DNA of 64,000 nucleotides from positions 704,001-768,000 of the forward strand of contig CAXXNF010000002.1 in the NCBI GenBank assembly GCA_963666365.2. The letters are read 5' to 3'. Every line of letters starts with the position of its first letter. Within the stretch, counting starts at the first letter, position 1. This stretch comes from Syntrophales bacterium (lineage in GTDB: Bacteria > Desulfobacterota > Syntrophia > Syntrophales > UBA2210). A program made the translations under genes and the position numbers. Under the pieces are notes generated by a model. It worked only from the letters and a program-made list of their open reading frames with translations. It made no database searches and was not told the origin of the DNA. Positions 35,375 to 45,366 of the stretch are shown piece by piece.

Positions 35375-37850
35375 TCCTCTTCCAATTCCCTGACATTGCC
35401 GGGCCATTCAAAAAAAAGCAGTTTTTCCGTTTCCTGATGGTTGATATTCTCCAGTGGTTTGTTGAATTTCTGGGCATAGAGGGTAAGAAAATAGTGGACC
35501 AGGAATGGAATATCCTCTTTTCTTTCACTGAGGCTCGGCACATTGATGGGAAAAACGTTGAGCTGGTAGTACAGATCCTGGCGAAACCGGCCGATTTCGA
35601 CCTCCTTCGCAAGATCACGGTTGGTTGCTGCCAACAGGCGAAAGTCGGATCTCAACGTTTCGTGCCCTCCCACACGTTCGAACTCTCCGCTCTGAAGCAC
35701 CCGCAGCAGTCTGACCTGAGTCTCCATAGAAATATCGCCGATTTCATCGAGAAATATCGTTCCACCGTTAGCCAGCTCGAATCTTCCCATGTGCCGTGTC
35801 GTTGCACCCGTGAATGCGCCATTTTCATGGCCGAAGAGTTCGCTGGAGATAAGGCTTTCAGACAAGGCGCTGCAATGGACTCGTATGAAAGGTTTTCCGT
35901 TGCGGGGACTATGACGGTGAATCGATCGAGCCACCATTTCCTTGCCGACGCCGGTTTCTCCAAGAATCAAAACGGTGGCATCGGTCTCAGCCACCTGATC
36001 TCTCTGGCTGAATACCTTCATGATGGCCGGGCTTTTTCCTATAAAGTCTTTAAAATGAATTGTCTCGATATATTCCTTTTCGTAATATTGCTTTTCTATC
36101 GCCTGTTTTTCGTACAAGTCATTCAAGGCCTTCCAGGCGTCGGCATTATCTATTGCAATGGCAGCCTGTGCTGCAAAAATAATTCAGAATGTCCAGATCC
36201 GACTCTCTGAAGGCGCTGCAAAACAGCCTGTTGTCGTGGGATAACACGCCCACGGTTTTATTACGAATGGTCATGGGAACGCATATGCACGAACGAATTG
36301 AGTCGACGCCTGCGGAACCAGGTTCATTTCGAATATCCAATTCTCTGATTCGACCCTTGCCCGATTTTATTGTCTCATCAATCAGTCTCATTGACATCAC
36401 GAATCCCGGATTGCGGATGTCTTCTCCGGTAAGGTTTTTTGCGGCCCTTAGAACAATATTTTTCCTGGCATCGTTTTCCACAAGAAATATCGCACCCTGT
36501 TCCGTCCACGTAATTCTATTTATCGTCGAAATAACAGGTCGAGACAGATCCCTGTAATTGCGAATCGTAGTTAATTCCTGGCTTAATCGCAAAATTTCCT
36601 CGAGAAGATTTTTACCGTACCGAAGGTCCTTTACAAGGGTCGAATATCATCGGGCACCAGCGCATCATTGAACGAATAGAGACCCCGCGCTGCCGTTTCT
36701 ACCCACTCCATGGCCTTCTTCCGCTTGCCGAACAGAAGATATTCCCTGGCCAGTTCTACCTTTGATTTTGCCAGCTCTATCTGATGGCCGCAGCTTTCAA
36801 GATAGGAAACGGATCGTTTGAGAGCATGTATGACATGTGTGGTCTCTGCACCTTCCTTCCTTTGTTGCAGTGTGCTGTAGCGATAGGCAACGCCCTTCAT
36901 CAGCAAATTGCCGCTTTCAATGGAATAGTGAATATCCTCTTACAGGGACATACCATCAACATGGGAAAATGTTCCCTCCTCCATCGCCCAAAAGATTAAC
37001 ATCCACAGGGCGCTGAACTTGACCGTCATGCAGACCTTTCCACTGAGGTCGAAATATTTCTGCAGGGCTGAAAGCGCCCGCTTGTGATCATTGAGCAGAT
37101 GCGAGGCATAGCATAGCAATGCCAATCCTCCAAGATGCGTATAGGTGTTGCGGCTTTTTATTGAATCTTCCAGAGACTCTTCAATGTAATGCAGGGCTTC
37201 CCCGGGTCGGTGAAGCTCAAGAAGCAAATAGCCTATCTATGTTCCCGCCAGCCCTATAACGGAAAAATTGCCGATATTGCGGCCATGCTCCCGAATGGCA
37301 TGGAGCATACCCAGCGCCTGAGAATACAGTCCCGTATGGCCCACACAGACTCCTGCGGTTAAGGCGGCTGAAAGAGGCAGGCTGTCTTTGGGAGAGGTGT
37401 CTTTCACATCTGGGACGAGGGTCTCGTAATTCTGAACGACCTCTCGATAATGTCCCGACCAGTAATTGAAAAACATGCCGAAAATTGTTGCCGATCGTTG
37501 AATGGTAGGATCGTCTATTTCCCGGGCCAATGCCCACACTTGCTTGAAATGGTGCAGCGTCGGGCGGTAAAGGGAACGAAGCCACTCGCTTTTGCCCAGA
37601 TGCATCTCAAGAAAGCCCAAAGAGTTTTTTTGCCCACAAGCTTTTGCGCGGCCCATGGCCTCTCGTATGACTGAGATTACCCGAGTCGGGTCTGTGTTAT
37701 CGGCGGAAACTTTGGCATATTGGAGCGCCGCTTCAATAAAAAGCTGATCGGCTTCATGCCCTCGGATTATTTTGAGGTCATCAATCACCTTATCATAATA
37801 GAATGGTACTGGCTGACTTCTTCCTTGGATGCGATCTTCTTTTGACTCAT
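35375..37850 (-). pseudogene. Fragmented TPR-GAF-AAA+ sigma54 activator, paralog of 26638..29835; HTH deleted
   Basis: Five ORF fragments collinear with the intact paralog (KGVAYR, GHQIELAKS, LRAAKNLT, HDNRL, GAFTGA, WPGNVRELE). Confidence 0.88.
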
Positions 37851-38130
37851 GGGTGCCTCGTCAGAGGATCTTCCCCTACCCCAAGTTCAAGGGATGACGG
37901 TACCCCGGTTTCCGGGTTTTCTCCGCTTACATACGCATTCATATTCGTTCATAGGGTTTGTGCAACGGGATACATCTTGTACACTTTCCCAATGTGAATG
38001 TCAACGTATGCGACCCTAAGCTCGATGAAAATCTGGAGAAAAAGACATTGCTCTTTGGGTAGTAAAAAAGGATTACAGGCGGGAGTTTACTTTCGAATGT
38101 TTTGTGTGCTTGTGTGTTACTAGGTATGGA

Positions 38131-38165
38131 AGCTGGAGGGACGGAAAAAATCCCCCCCTCCAGCT
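38131..38165 (-). terminator. Hairpin downstream of the carboxyltransferase gene
   Basis: AGCTGGAGGG ... CCCTCCAGCT stem. Confidence 0.55.
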
Positions 38166-38195
38166 GTCGGAAACGAAGGGGCGGCAGGTTTATAC

Positions 38196-39752
38196 TTAAA
38201 ACTTAGTGGGCCAGTTGGCGAGTTTATGTTCGCTTATTCCCCTTGTTTTGGAGAAGTCCTGCGATTGTTGCAGCACCCTTATGATATGGTTCCGTGTATC
38301 ACGGGGATCGATTATATCATGGATAAAGTGCAGGCCGGCGGCGCCGTAAGGGTCAGTTCCCTCGGCCATCTTTGCTACCCGCTCCTCCTGTTCCTCCGGT
38401 GTCTTCGCCGGCGTGCCCCCGAAGACCACGTTTGCCGCAATTACCGGATCGACGAAGCTCATTTCCGCCGTAGGCCATGCGACAATTGAATCGGCGCCGC
38501 TGCCGGAGCCGCACATGTTCCAAAACGCCATGCCGTAGGCCTTTCTCACAATTACGGTAATCTTGGGTACCGTCAGAAGTCCCAGGGCGTTCATGAAATT
38601 CATGACGTGGGCACCTACCCGCTTACGCTCCGCCTCTCTTCCTACAAGAAATCCCGGAATGTCTTCCATGAAGACAAGGGGAATGTTGAAGGAATCACAC
38701 AGGCAGAGAAAACTCATGACTTTTTCGATGCCGTCCGTATCCATGGCGCCTGAGTTAAACCGGGGCTGATTCGCCACGATGCCGATCACCCTGCCGTCGA
38801 TGCGGGCAAGCGTGGTGATGACCGTCTGCCCGAAGAGGGGCTTGATAGGAAAGAGGCTGTTCGTGTCGACAATGCACTTCAAAAGCTGGTTCATGTCGTA
38901 GGTGCGGTTTCTTTTTTCCGGCAGCAAATCCAGAATGTGGGGCATGTTGGTACCGGAGTCTTCCGGCACGGGCGCCCTGGGGGGGAGTTCCTCGTTATGC
39001 GCGGGCATATAACTTAGATAATCACGAATAATTTGCATGCACTCGTCTTCGCTTTCGGCCGCGCGATCGGCCATGCCCGTCACCCGGGAATGCAGCTGCC
39101 AGCCCCCCAGTTCCTCGTCGGTGATGTTCTCACCCAGGGCGATTGAAAGAATGCGGGGACCAGATACACCCATAGCAGTACCTTTTACCATGACGACAAA
39201 ATCCGAAAGACAGGCCATCCAGGTCGGTTCACCGTAACATTTGCCCAGCACAGCCGTAACCAGCGGCGTTTCACGAACCCGGCTCATCATCTGAAGAAAG
39301 GTAGTGCGACCGCCGCCGCCGTAGGAGGCGAGTCCCCCCGATCCCATGATATCGGGCATCCGTGCCCCGCCTGCCTCGCCAAGGTAGATAACAGGAAATC
39401 CGTGTCGAATTGCTGTTTCTCTCACATCGTGTTCTTTTCGTCCGGCAATGCGGCTCGACGTTGCGCCCAGGACGGTAAAGTCTGCGGCAAGTACGGCGAC
39501 GGGCCGGCCGTTAATCATTCCATAGCCGCCGACTTTGCTGTCGGCAGGGCTCTTATCTTCCATTCCCGGCATGTCTGAGTGATTCAACATGCCGACTTCA
39601 GCAAATGAACCATCATCGACAAGTCTATCGATGCGCTCACGAGCGGTGTATTTACCCTCAGCATGCTGTTTGGCAATCTTTTTTTCCCCGCCCATCATAA
39701 GGGCCTTTTTCTTACGGCGGCTCAATTCCTCCATCTGCTGTTCAAAGGGCAT
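38196..39752 (-). CDS. Acyl-CoA carboxyltransferase (PccB/MmdA-type)
   Basis: TARERI, DFTVLG, GGARM, DIPGFLVG, RKAYG, DIIDPRDTR. Confidence 0.92.
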   Translation of the reverse strand: MPFEQQMEELSRRKKKALMMGGEKKIAKQHAEGKYTARERIDRLVDDGSFAEVGMLNHSDMPGMEDKSPADSKVGGYGMINGRPVAVLAADFTVLGATSSRIAGRKEHDVRETAIRHGFPVIYLGEAGGARMPDIMGSGGLASYGGGGRTTFLQMMSRVRETPLVTAVLGKCYGEPTWMACLSDFVVMVKGTAMGVSGPRILSIALGENITDEELGGWQLHSRVTGMADRAAESEDECMQIIRDYLSYMPAHNEELPPRAPVPEDSGTNMPHILDLLPEKRNRTYDMNQLLKCIVDTNSLFPIKPLFGQTVITTLARIDGRVIGIVANQPRFNSGAMDTDGIEKVMSFLCLCDSFNIPLVFMEDIPGFLVGREAERKRVGAHVMNFMNALGLLTVPKITVIVRKAYGMAFWNMCGSGSGADSIVAWPTAEMSFVDPVIAANVVFGGTPAKTPEEQEERVAKMAEGTDPYGAAGLHFIHDIIDPRDTRNHIIRVLQQSQDFSKTRGISEHKLANWPTKF

Positions 39753-39896
39753 GGTAGAAGCTTCCTCCTTCTTTGGTGTAGTGTAGGTAATGATACAAAA
39801 ATAATTATGGGGAAAATCCCCATTGTGCGATATCAAAGTATGAGGGTACACTTTCCATAGATCAGGTCCCCACCGGGGTCAATTGGGTGGTGTGTC

Positions 39897-41240
39897 CTAT
39901 CCCAGGATTCCGATAAAGACGCCGCCTGCGATGGCGGCGCCGATGGCGCCGGCCACGTTGGGTCCCATGGCGTGCATCAGGAGGAAGTTCTGCTTGTTTT
40001 CCTTCTGTCCCATCACCTGAACGACCCGTGCCGACATGGGGACGGCAGAGACGCCCGCCCCGCCGATCATGGGATTGATTTTCTCTTTCAGGAAGAGATT
40101 CATGATCTTTGCCAGAATCACGCCGGCGGCGGCGGCGCTGGCAAAGGAAACCACGCCGAGAACCAGTATGAGGAGCGTGTCCACCCGAAGGAAGTTTTCC
40201 GCCGACATGGTGCCGCCGATGGCAAGGGTCAGAAAGATGGTCAGCATGTCGATGAACACCGTCTGCGCCGTCTTGCTGAGCCGTTCAACCACCCCGCTCT
40301 CGCGAAAGAGATTGCCCACCATGAAACAGCCGATCAGGGGCGCCGAGTCGGGCACGAAGAGGATCACCACGATGGCGGTCACGATGGGGAAGAGGATCTT
40401 TTCCAGCTTCGACACCTTGCGAAGCTGGGGTTTCATGTAAATGGACCGCTCCTTCTTGGTCGTCAAAAGTTTGATAACCGGGGGAAGGATCAGCGGCACC
40501 AGGGCCATGTAGGAATAGCAGGCCACGGCGGTGGCGCCGATAATATGGGGCGCGAGCCGGGCCGTCACATAGATCGTGGTGGGGCCCTCGGCCCCGCCGA
40601 TTATGCCGATGGAACTTGCCTCAGGAAGGGTGAACCCACAGAAAATTGCCAGAAAAAAGGCGAAATACACGCCGAACTGCGCCGCCGCACCCAGGAGCAG
40701 CGTCTTGGGATTGGCCAGCATGGGGCCGAAATCGGTCAGCGCCCCCAGACAGAGAAATATCAGCGGGGGAAGAATCTGCCACATGATGCCGAAGGCGAAA
40801 AAGCGAGAAAGAAGCCCCACGGGCCGGGTGGGAATCTTCTCCTGATCCGTCTGCTGTGTCGTCACGATGACCGCCACCACATCGCCCGCATCGACTCTCT
40901 GGTTCTCCGTCACCCTGAACTTCGCGACCCGCCCGTAGACGGGGGAAGTGATCTCCCCGGCATCGGTCGCGACAATGGCCGCGCCGCACTCGAAGCTGTC
41001 CCCCCGCTCCACGGAGAGCCGGCTGACCATTCCCGGACTCGGGGCCCTGAGCGTGTATTCGTAGTCCATGAGCCCCCCCATGGGAAGATTGACCAGCATG
41101 ATGCCGAAGCCGATGGGCAGCAGCAGAAGGGGCTCCATCTTTTTGCCGATGGCAAGATATATGAGGACGCAGCCGATGATGATCATCAGGACGTTGCCCC
41201 AGGTAATATACTGAAAACCGCTTTCTAATAAACCGAACAC
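39897..41240 (-). CDS. Ion-translocating decarboxylase beta subunit (OadB/MmdB/GcdB family) with inserted biotinyl-like domain
   Basis: EPLLLLPIGFG, GALTDFGP, GIIGGAEGPT, YSYMALVP, GVSAVPMSAR, HAMGPNVAG. Confidence 0.95.
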   Translation of the reverse strand: MFGLLESGFQYITWGNVLMIIIGCVLIYLAIGKKMEPLLLLPIGFGIMLVNLPMGGLMDYEYTLRAPSPGMVSRLSVERGDSFECGAAIVATDAGEITSPVYGRVAKFRVTENQRVDAGDVVAVIVTTQQTDQEKIPTRPVGLLSRFFAFGIMWQILPPLIFLCLGALTDFGPMLANPKTLLLGAAAQFGVYFAFFLAIFCGFTLPEASSIGIIGGAEGPTTIYVTARLAPHIIGATAVACYSYMALVPLILPPVIKLLTTKKERSIYMKPQLRKVSKLEKILFPIVTAIVVILFVPDSAPLIGCFMVGNLFRESGVVERLSKTAQTVFIDMLTIFLTLAIGGTMSAENFLRVDTLLILVLGVVSFASAAAAGVILAKIMNLFLKEKINPMIGGAGVSAVPMSARVVQVMGQKENKQNFLLMHAMGPNVAGAIGAAIAGGVFIGILG

Positions 41241-41263
41241 GTGTGTACCTCCCGGAATCCGCG

Positions 41264-41401
41264 TTACTCGCTTCTCGATTTTGATATCTTTTCAGTGACG
41301 ACCTTTGTCACCCATACCGTAAATGACAAGAGGATGAGGAGAATAAATACCAGGCCGAAACCGCCGACGGCTATCTTGAGCGCCAATCCCATATCCACCA
41401 T
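41264..41401 (-). CDS. OadG/MmdD-like small membrane subunit (45 aa; absent from the ORF track)
   Basis: MVDMGLALKIAVGGFGLVFILLILLSFTVWVTKVVTEKISKSRSE; AAGGA RBS; directly upstream of the beta subunit. Confidence 0.8.
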   Translation of the reverse strand: MVDMGLALKIAVGGFGLVFILLILLSFTVWVTKVVTEKISKSRSE

Positions 41402-41660
41402 TATTTTAGTATCCTTTCCCGGGGAACTCACAATATGGAAGCACCTGAATTAGTGTTGTCCCGATACATCTCGATGGGGGTTCCGGCACCTAATTCCTGG
41501 TGGTTTCATATGCATTTAAAAAATAATTGTCCTTATGGTACGTGCCAAATAGCGAAAACAGAAATTATCTCTATAATTCAATATGATATGACTATACAAT
41601 TTGTCTCGCACGAGAATGATAAAACGACAATTTATGAACACACTATATTTCGTGATATTC

Positions 41661-43184
41661 TCAATATTTCCCTCCGTGATCGATTTTGACCTGCGCTCTG
41701 TCTGTTTCTCCCTCAGTCGTTCGGGGAAGTCTCTCTACAAACAGAACATATTTCGGTTTTTTGTAGCGGGCGATTTTTGTCGTTACATAATCGATCAATT
41801 CCTGAGGACTCAAATCGGCGCCGGCTTTGGGTACGCACACTGCCTTTATCGCTTCCCCCCAGGTCTCGTCGGGAACACCAATGACACAGACATCTTCGAT
41901 GCCGTCATGGCTGAGAATCGCCTTTTCAACTTCTGCAGGGTACACGTTTTCTCCGCCCGGTTTGATCAGCTCTTTTTGCGCCTTGCGCTTGACATACCAG
42001 AGATATCCCTCTTCATCAAAACGGCCTATGTCTCCCGTATGGTGCCATCCGTTTCTGAAGGTATAGGCCGTTGCCTCTTCCATGTTCCAATATCCCTGAA
42101 ATACTGAAGGTGACTGTACGCAGATTTCACCAGGTTCTCCCAGGGGTACTTCGTTGTCATAGTCGTCGAAAAGTGAAACCCGGGCAAGAAGTGCGGGCTT
42201 TCCGGCGCTGCCCGGCCTGTCAGCGGCATTGCCACCCGTTACCGGAATTGCCTCGGTCTGCGCGTAGCCGCTGTAAAATACCGCATGCGGCGCGAGTGTG
42301 AGGATGGTGCGCACGCTCTCCGGATCCTCAAGGCCGCCGATACTTCGAAGACTGGAAAGATCACAGGGTGTTTCTTTATGGGCATCGATGAGCATTTTCA
42401 ATATGGGTGCAAATGATCCGAAGGTGGTCACTCTTTCGGCTTCAATGAGTTTCAGGGCCAGAGCGGGGTCGAAACGATCGACGATGACGTTTTTCGCTCC
42501 CCCATGAAGAATTGCCATAGAGGTTGAAAGCGCGGCGATGTGAAAGAGGGGAAGGATGCAAAGGTGACACGCATCTTCGCCCATGCGCTCCTGCGCGAGA
42601 ATCTGCATGTTGGTGGCGATTACATTCCCCTGACTCAGGAGGGCGCCTCGGGGCGTCCCTTCAACGGCCGCAGTATGGATAATTACATATCCCGCTTCGG
42701 CGGGAATGTCATATGTCGTGTCGGCGCCTTTTTTTCTGTAAAGCGTTTCAAAGGGTTGAAAGGAGGGAAGATCCGATTGTGCTGACATCGCATACCACAT
42801 TTCTATTGATGCGACGTTTTCCGCTGCTTCGGCGGCTGCGTTCAGATACTCCGATCCCGCAAAAAGGGCCTTGGGTGTGCAGTCCTTCAGGATATGGGAG
42901 ATTTCGTTACACTGAAAGCGCCAGTTTACGGGAACGACTATTGCGCCTATCTTTGCCGCGGCCCCGTAGAGAATCATGAAGTAATCCGAATTGTGAGCGA
43001 CTACGGCAATTCGATCCCCCAGTTGAATTCCCTGCTCGACAAGCCCCGCAGCACAGTGATCACATTTCATCTTGTAATCGCGGAACGTCATGCGCAGGTC
43101 TCCATAGACCAGTGCATCCCGATCTGCATGAAGCACGGCATTTCTGGATATCACGTCGTAAACAGTAAAGTCGCGAAGTCCCAT
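41661..43184 (-). CDS. AMP-binding acyl-CoA ligase
   Basis: HTAAVEGTPRG (variant P-loop), GYAQTE, HTGDIG, GGENVYPAEVE. Confidence 0.92.
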   Translation of the reverse strand: MGLRDFTVYDVISRNAVLHADRDALVYGDLRMTFRDYKMKCDHCAAGLVEQGIQLGDRIAVVAHNSDYFMILYGAAAKIGAIVVPVNWRFQCNEISHILKDCTPKALFAGSEYLNAAAEAAENVASIEMWYAMSAQSDLPSFQPFETLYRKKGADTTYDIPAEAGYVIIHTAAVEGTPRGALLSQGNVIATNMQILAQERMGEDACHLCILPLFHIAALSTSMAILHGGAKNVIVDRFDPALALKLIEAERVTTFGSFAPILKMLIDAHKETPCDLSSLRSIGGLEDPESVRTILTLAPHAVFYSGYAQTEAIPVTGGNAADRPGSAGKPALLARVSLFDDYDNEVPLGEPGEICVQSPSVFQGYWNMEEATAYTFRNGWHHTGDIGRFDEEGYLWYVKRKAQKELIKPGGENVYPAEVEKAILSHDGIEDVCVIGVPDETWGEAIKAVCVPKAGADLSPQELIDYVTTKIARYKKPKYVLFVERLPRTTEGETDRAQVKIDHGGKY

Positions 43185-43329
43185 TATCTCCTCCTTTGCT
43201 TATATAACAGACAATGTGTGATATATTGATTTTCAGTTCCATTTCAAGTAATAGGAACAAAAACATATGCATTTTTTTGAAAGGATCATCCTTTAACCCC
43301 TGTCAAGGGCGCTGCAGGCGCCGATACGT

Positions 43330-43968
43330 GTGAACAGATACGCGCAAGCGAAGGCGATGCGAGAACACTTTCTTAAAAAATATTATGATCTGCTGGAATG
43401 GATACTGCGCCCGTTGATAGGCAGATCAATTTCAGCAAATGCTGTTTCGTGCCTTTCGGTCATGTTCTCCTTTATCGCATTTTTCATATATGCGAAAGGA
43501 CTCTTTTTAGCAGGCGGGATAGTGCTTCTCCTATCGGGGTTCGTCGACACGCTGGATGGAACCATTGCCCGTCTTTCCGGCACCTCCTCCAAATTCGGTG
43601 CGCTGCTCGATTCCAGTTTGGACCGTTGGTCCGACTTTTTTATCTACGCAGGATTGCTTATATACTACCGCCAGAGCCCGGTCATCTATGCGGTACTCCT
43701 CTGTATAATCGGCTCCTTCATGGTGAGTTATGTAAAGGCGAGGGCCGAATCACTCGGAAGAGTCCGCGTCGTAGGTTTCATGCAGAGGCCTGAGCGCGTG
43801 GTGTTGCTTGCAGTGGCCTCGTTCAGTGTACCCGTTATGTCATGCTTTGCGCCTTCCAATAGAGAGGCGATGCTGATAGTCGTGCTCTACCTTATGGCGA
43901 TTCTTACCAATATCACATTTTTGCACAGGCTCTTCGCAGCGAAAAAAGACTTGGGCCAAGAAAAGTGA
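43330..43968 (+). CDS. CDP-alcohol phosphatidyltransferase
   Basis: DTLDGTIAR...GALLDSSLD signature; SYVKARAE. Confidence 0.92.
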   Translation: MNRYAQAKAMREHFLKKYYDLLEWILRPLIGRSISANAVSCLSVMFSFIAFFIYAKGLFLAGGIVLLLSGFVDTLDGTIARLSGTSSKFGALLDSSLDRWSDFFIYAGLLIYYRQSPVIYAVLLCIIGSFMVSYVKARAESLGRVRVVGFMQRPERVVLLAVASFSVPVMSCFAPSNREAMLIVVLYLMAILTNITFLHRLFAAKKDLGQEK

Positions 43969-44029
43969 ATTCCGGGTGTTGCTGCAGGCTGCTGCCAATG
44001 AGGACGATTCCATTCTCTTGGAGGAAAGG

Positions 44030-44069
44030 AAGGCGAGGGAATCCTGACTCATAGAGATTCCCTCGCTTC
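44030..44069. terminator. Hairpin between convergent genes
   Basis: GCGAGGGAATC ... GATTCCCTCGC stem. Confidence 0.6.
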
Positions 44070-44073
44070 TAAG

Positions 44074-45309
44074 TTATTTCCAGCTGTATTTCGTTAAATC
44101 GGGACAGGGATATTCGCCGATAACATTCTGACGATTATCGTTCAGTCTGATCAGAACTGCCGTATCCTGCCCGAATCGTTTCTTTTCGTTAAATGTTACA
44201 GGCGGTCGAAGGCCCATCATGTCATAACCTTTGATCGTTTGTATAGCATCATAGACAGCTTTGCCATCAACATTGCCAGGTCCTACTTTATGCGCCGCTA
44301 TACGTATTGCCTCGCAGGCGATAAGGGCCATCCCCGCGGTCATTGCATGTCCTTCTGGTGGAAATCCCATTTTATCACGCCCATTTTTCTTAAATATTTC
44401 CAGAACCTTCGGGCATCGATTCGGCCACTCAGCTACAGGCCAGATATTGGAAACTATATAGGTGTTTCTCGCCAGAGGGCCGACCATATCTAAAAGGACG
44501 CCCGGCACTATGGCATAGCAAAGACCGATATCTATCTGGTCGATCATGCCTAATTTTTCCATTTCCTTAAGTACGACCGCAAAGGCATTTTGATACATGC
44601 CGCCAAAGGTGAAATCAACACCCTTTTCCTTCAATCTCAATAATTGAGCACTCACATCGGTAGGTACATAGGGAATAAACTCTTCACCGATTATTTCTAC
44701 ACCCTTCGATTCAATGTAGGCCCTTGCTTTAGGTGTTATGGATGCACGGCCATAGGCGACTTCCCATGTGAGCCAGGCAAAGCGCGGTTTTCTGTTAAGT
44801 CCTTTTTTTGGCCAGATATTTGCGAGATACCAATCGACCCATAATCCCAATTCATTCACGTAGGGGGATGTCGGTGAAAATGTCCATGAAGGAAGTTTTG
44901 TCAGTTCATCATCGCTGCCCCCCTCAACATTGATTATTTCTTTTTTGATATTCCATTTTTTCAGCGCCAGAGCAACGCCGGTGGACTGGCCTACCATAGC
45001 GACCACTTTGTCCTTTCCCTCGGACATTTGTTTGAAAGCGGTCATTGATTTTGCTGCATCGGATCCTCCATCTTTCCAGATGGGAACAATTTCGACTCCA
45101 TTCAGGTCCATGTACTTGTTTGCAAGTTCGACACCATCGAGAAATCCCGGGTTATTGGCAACCTGTGTTCCACCATAGGGTCCGGTTATATGAACCAGAT
45201 GGCCGAGATAGACCTTTGTCTTGTCGGCTTGGGCCATACCCGTGATACCTGCAATAAGGAACAAAGAGAAAAAAGTAAAAAACATTTTATTCAATACCCA
45301 TTTATTCAT
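44074..45309 (-). CDS. Liv-type ABC substrate-binding protein
   Basis: Signal peptide; ITGPYG; last gene of the Liv-type operon. Confidence 0.85.
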   Translation of the reverse strand: MNKWVLNKMFFTFFSLFLIAGITGMAQADKTKVYLGHLVHITGPYGGTQVANNPGFLDGVELANKYMDLNGVEIVPIWKDGGSDAAKSMTAFKQMSEGKDKVVAMVGQSTGVALALKKWNIKKEIINVEGGSDDELTKLPSWTFSPTSPYVNELGLWVDWYLANIWPKKGLNRKPRFAWLTWEVAYGRASITPKARAYIESKGVEIIGEEFIPYVPTDVSAQLLRLKEKGVDFTFGGMYQNAFAVVLKEMEKLGMIDQIDIGLCYAIVPGVLLDMVGPLARNTYIVSNIWPVAEWPNRCPKVLEIFKKNGRDKMGFPPEGHAMTAGMALIACEAIRIAAHKVGPGNVDGKAVYDAIQTIKGYDMMGLRPPVTFNEKKRFGQDTAVLIRLNDNRQNVIGEYPCPDLTKYSWK

Positions 45310-45366
45310 GATTCCCTCCTTTTGTTGCGGATTTATTTTAGGCTTGTTCCAGATAATTCAGAAAGT

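Noticed and set aside
39972..41228. 418-aa + strand ORF
   Set aside because: Antisense shadow of the GC-rich beta-subunit gene; no recognisable motifs.
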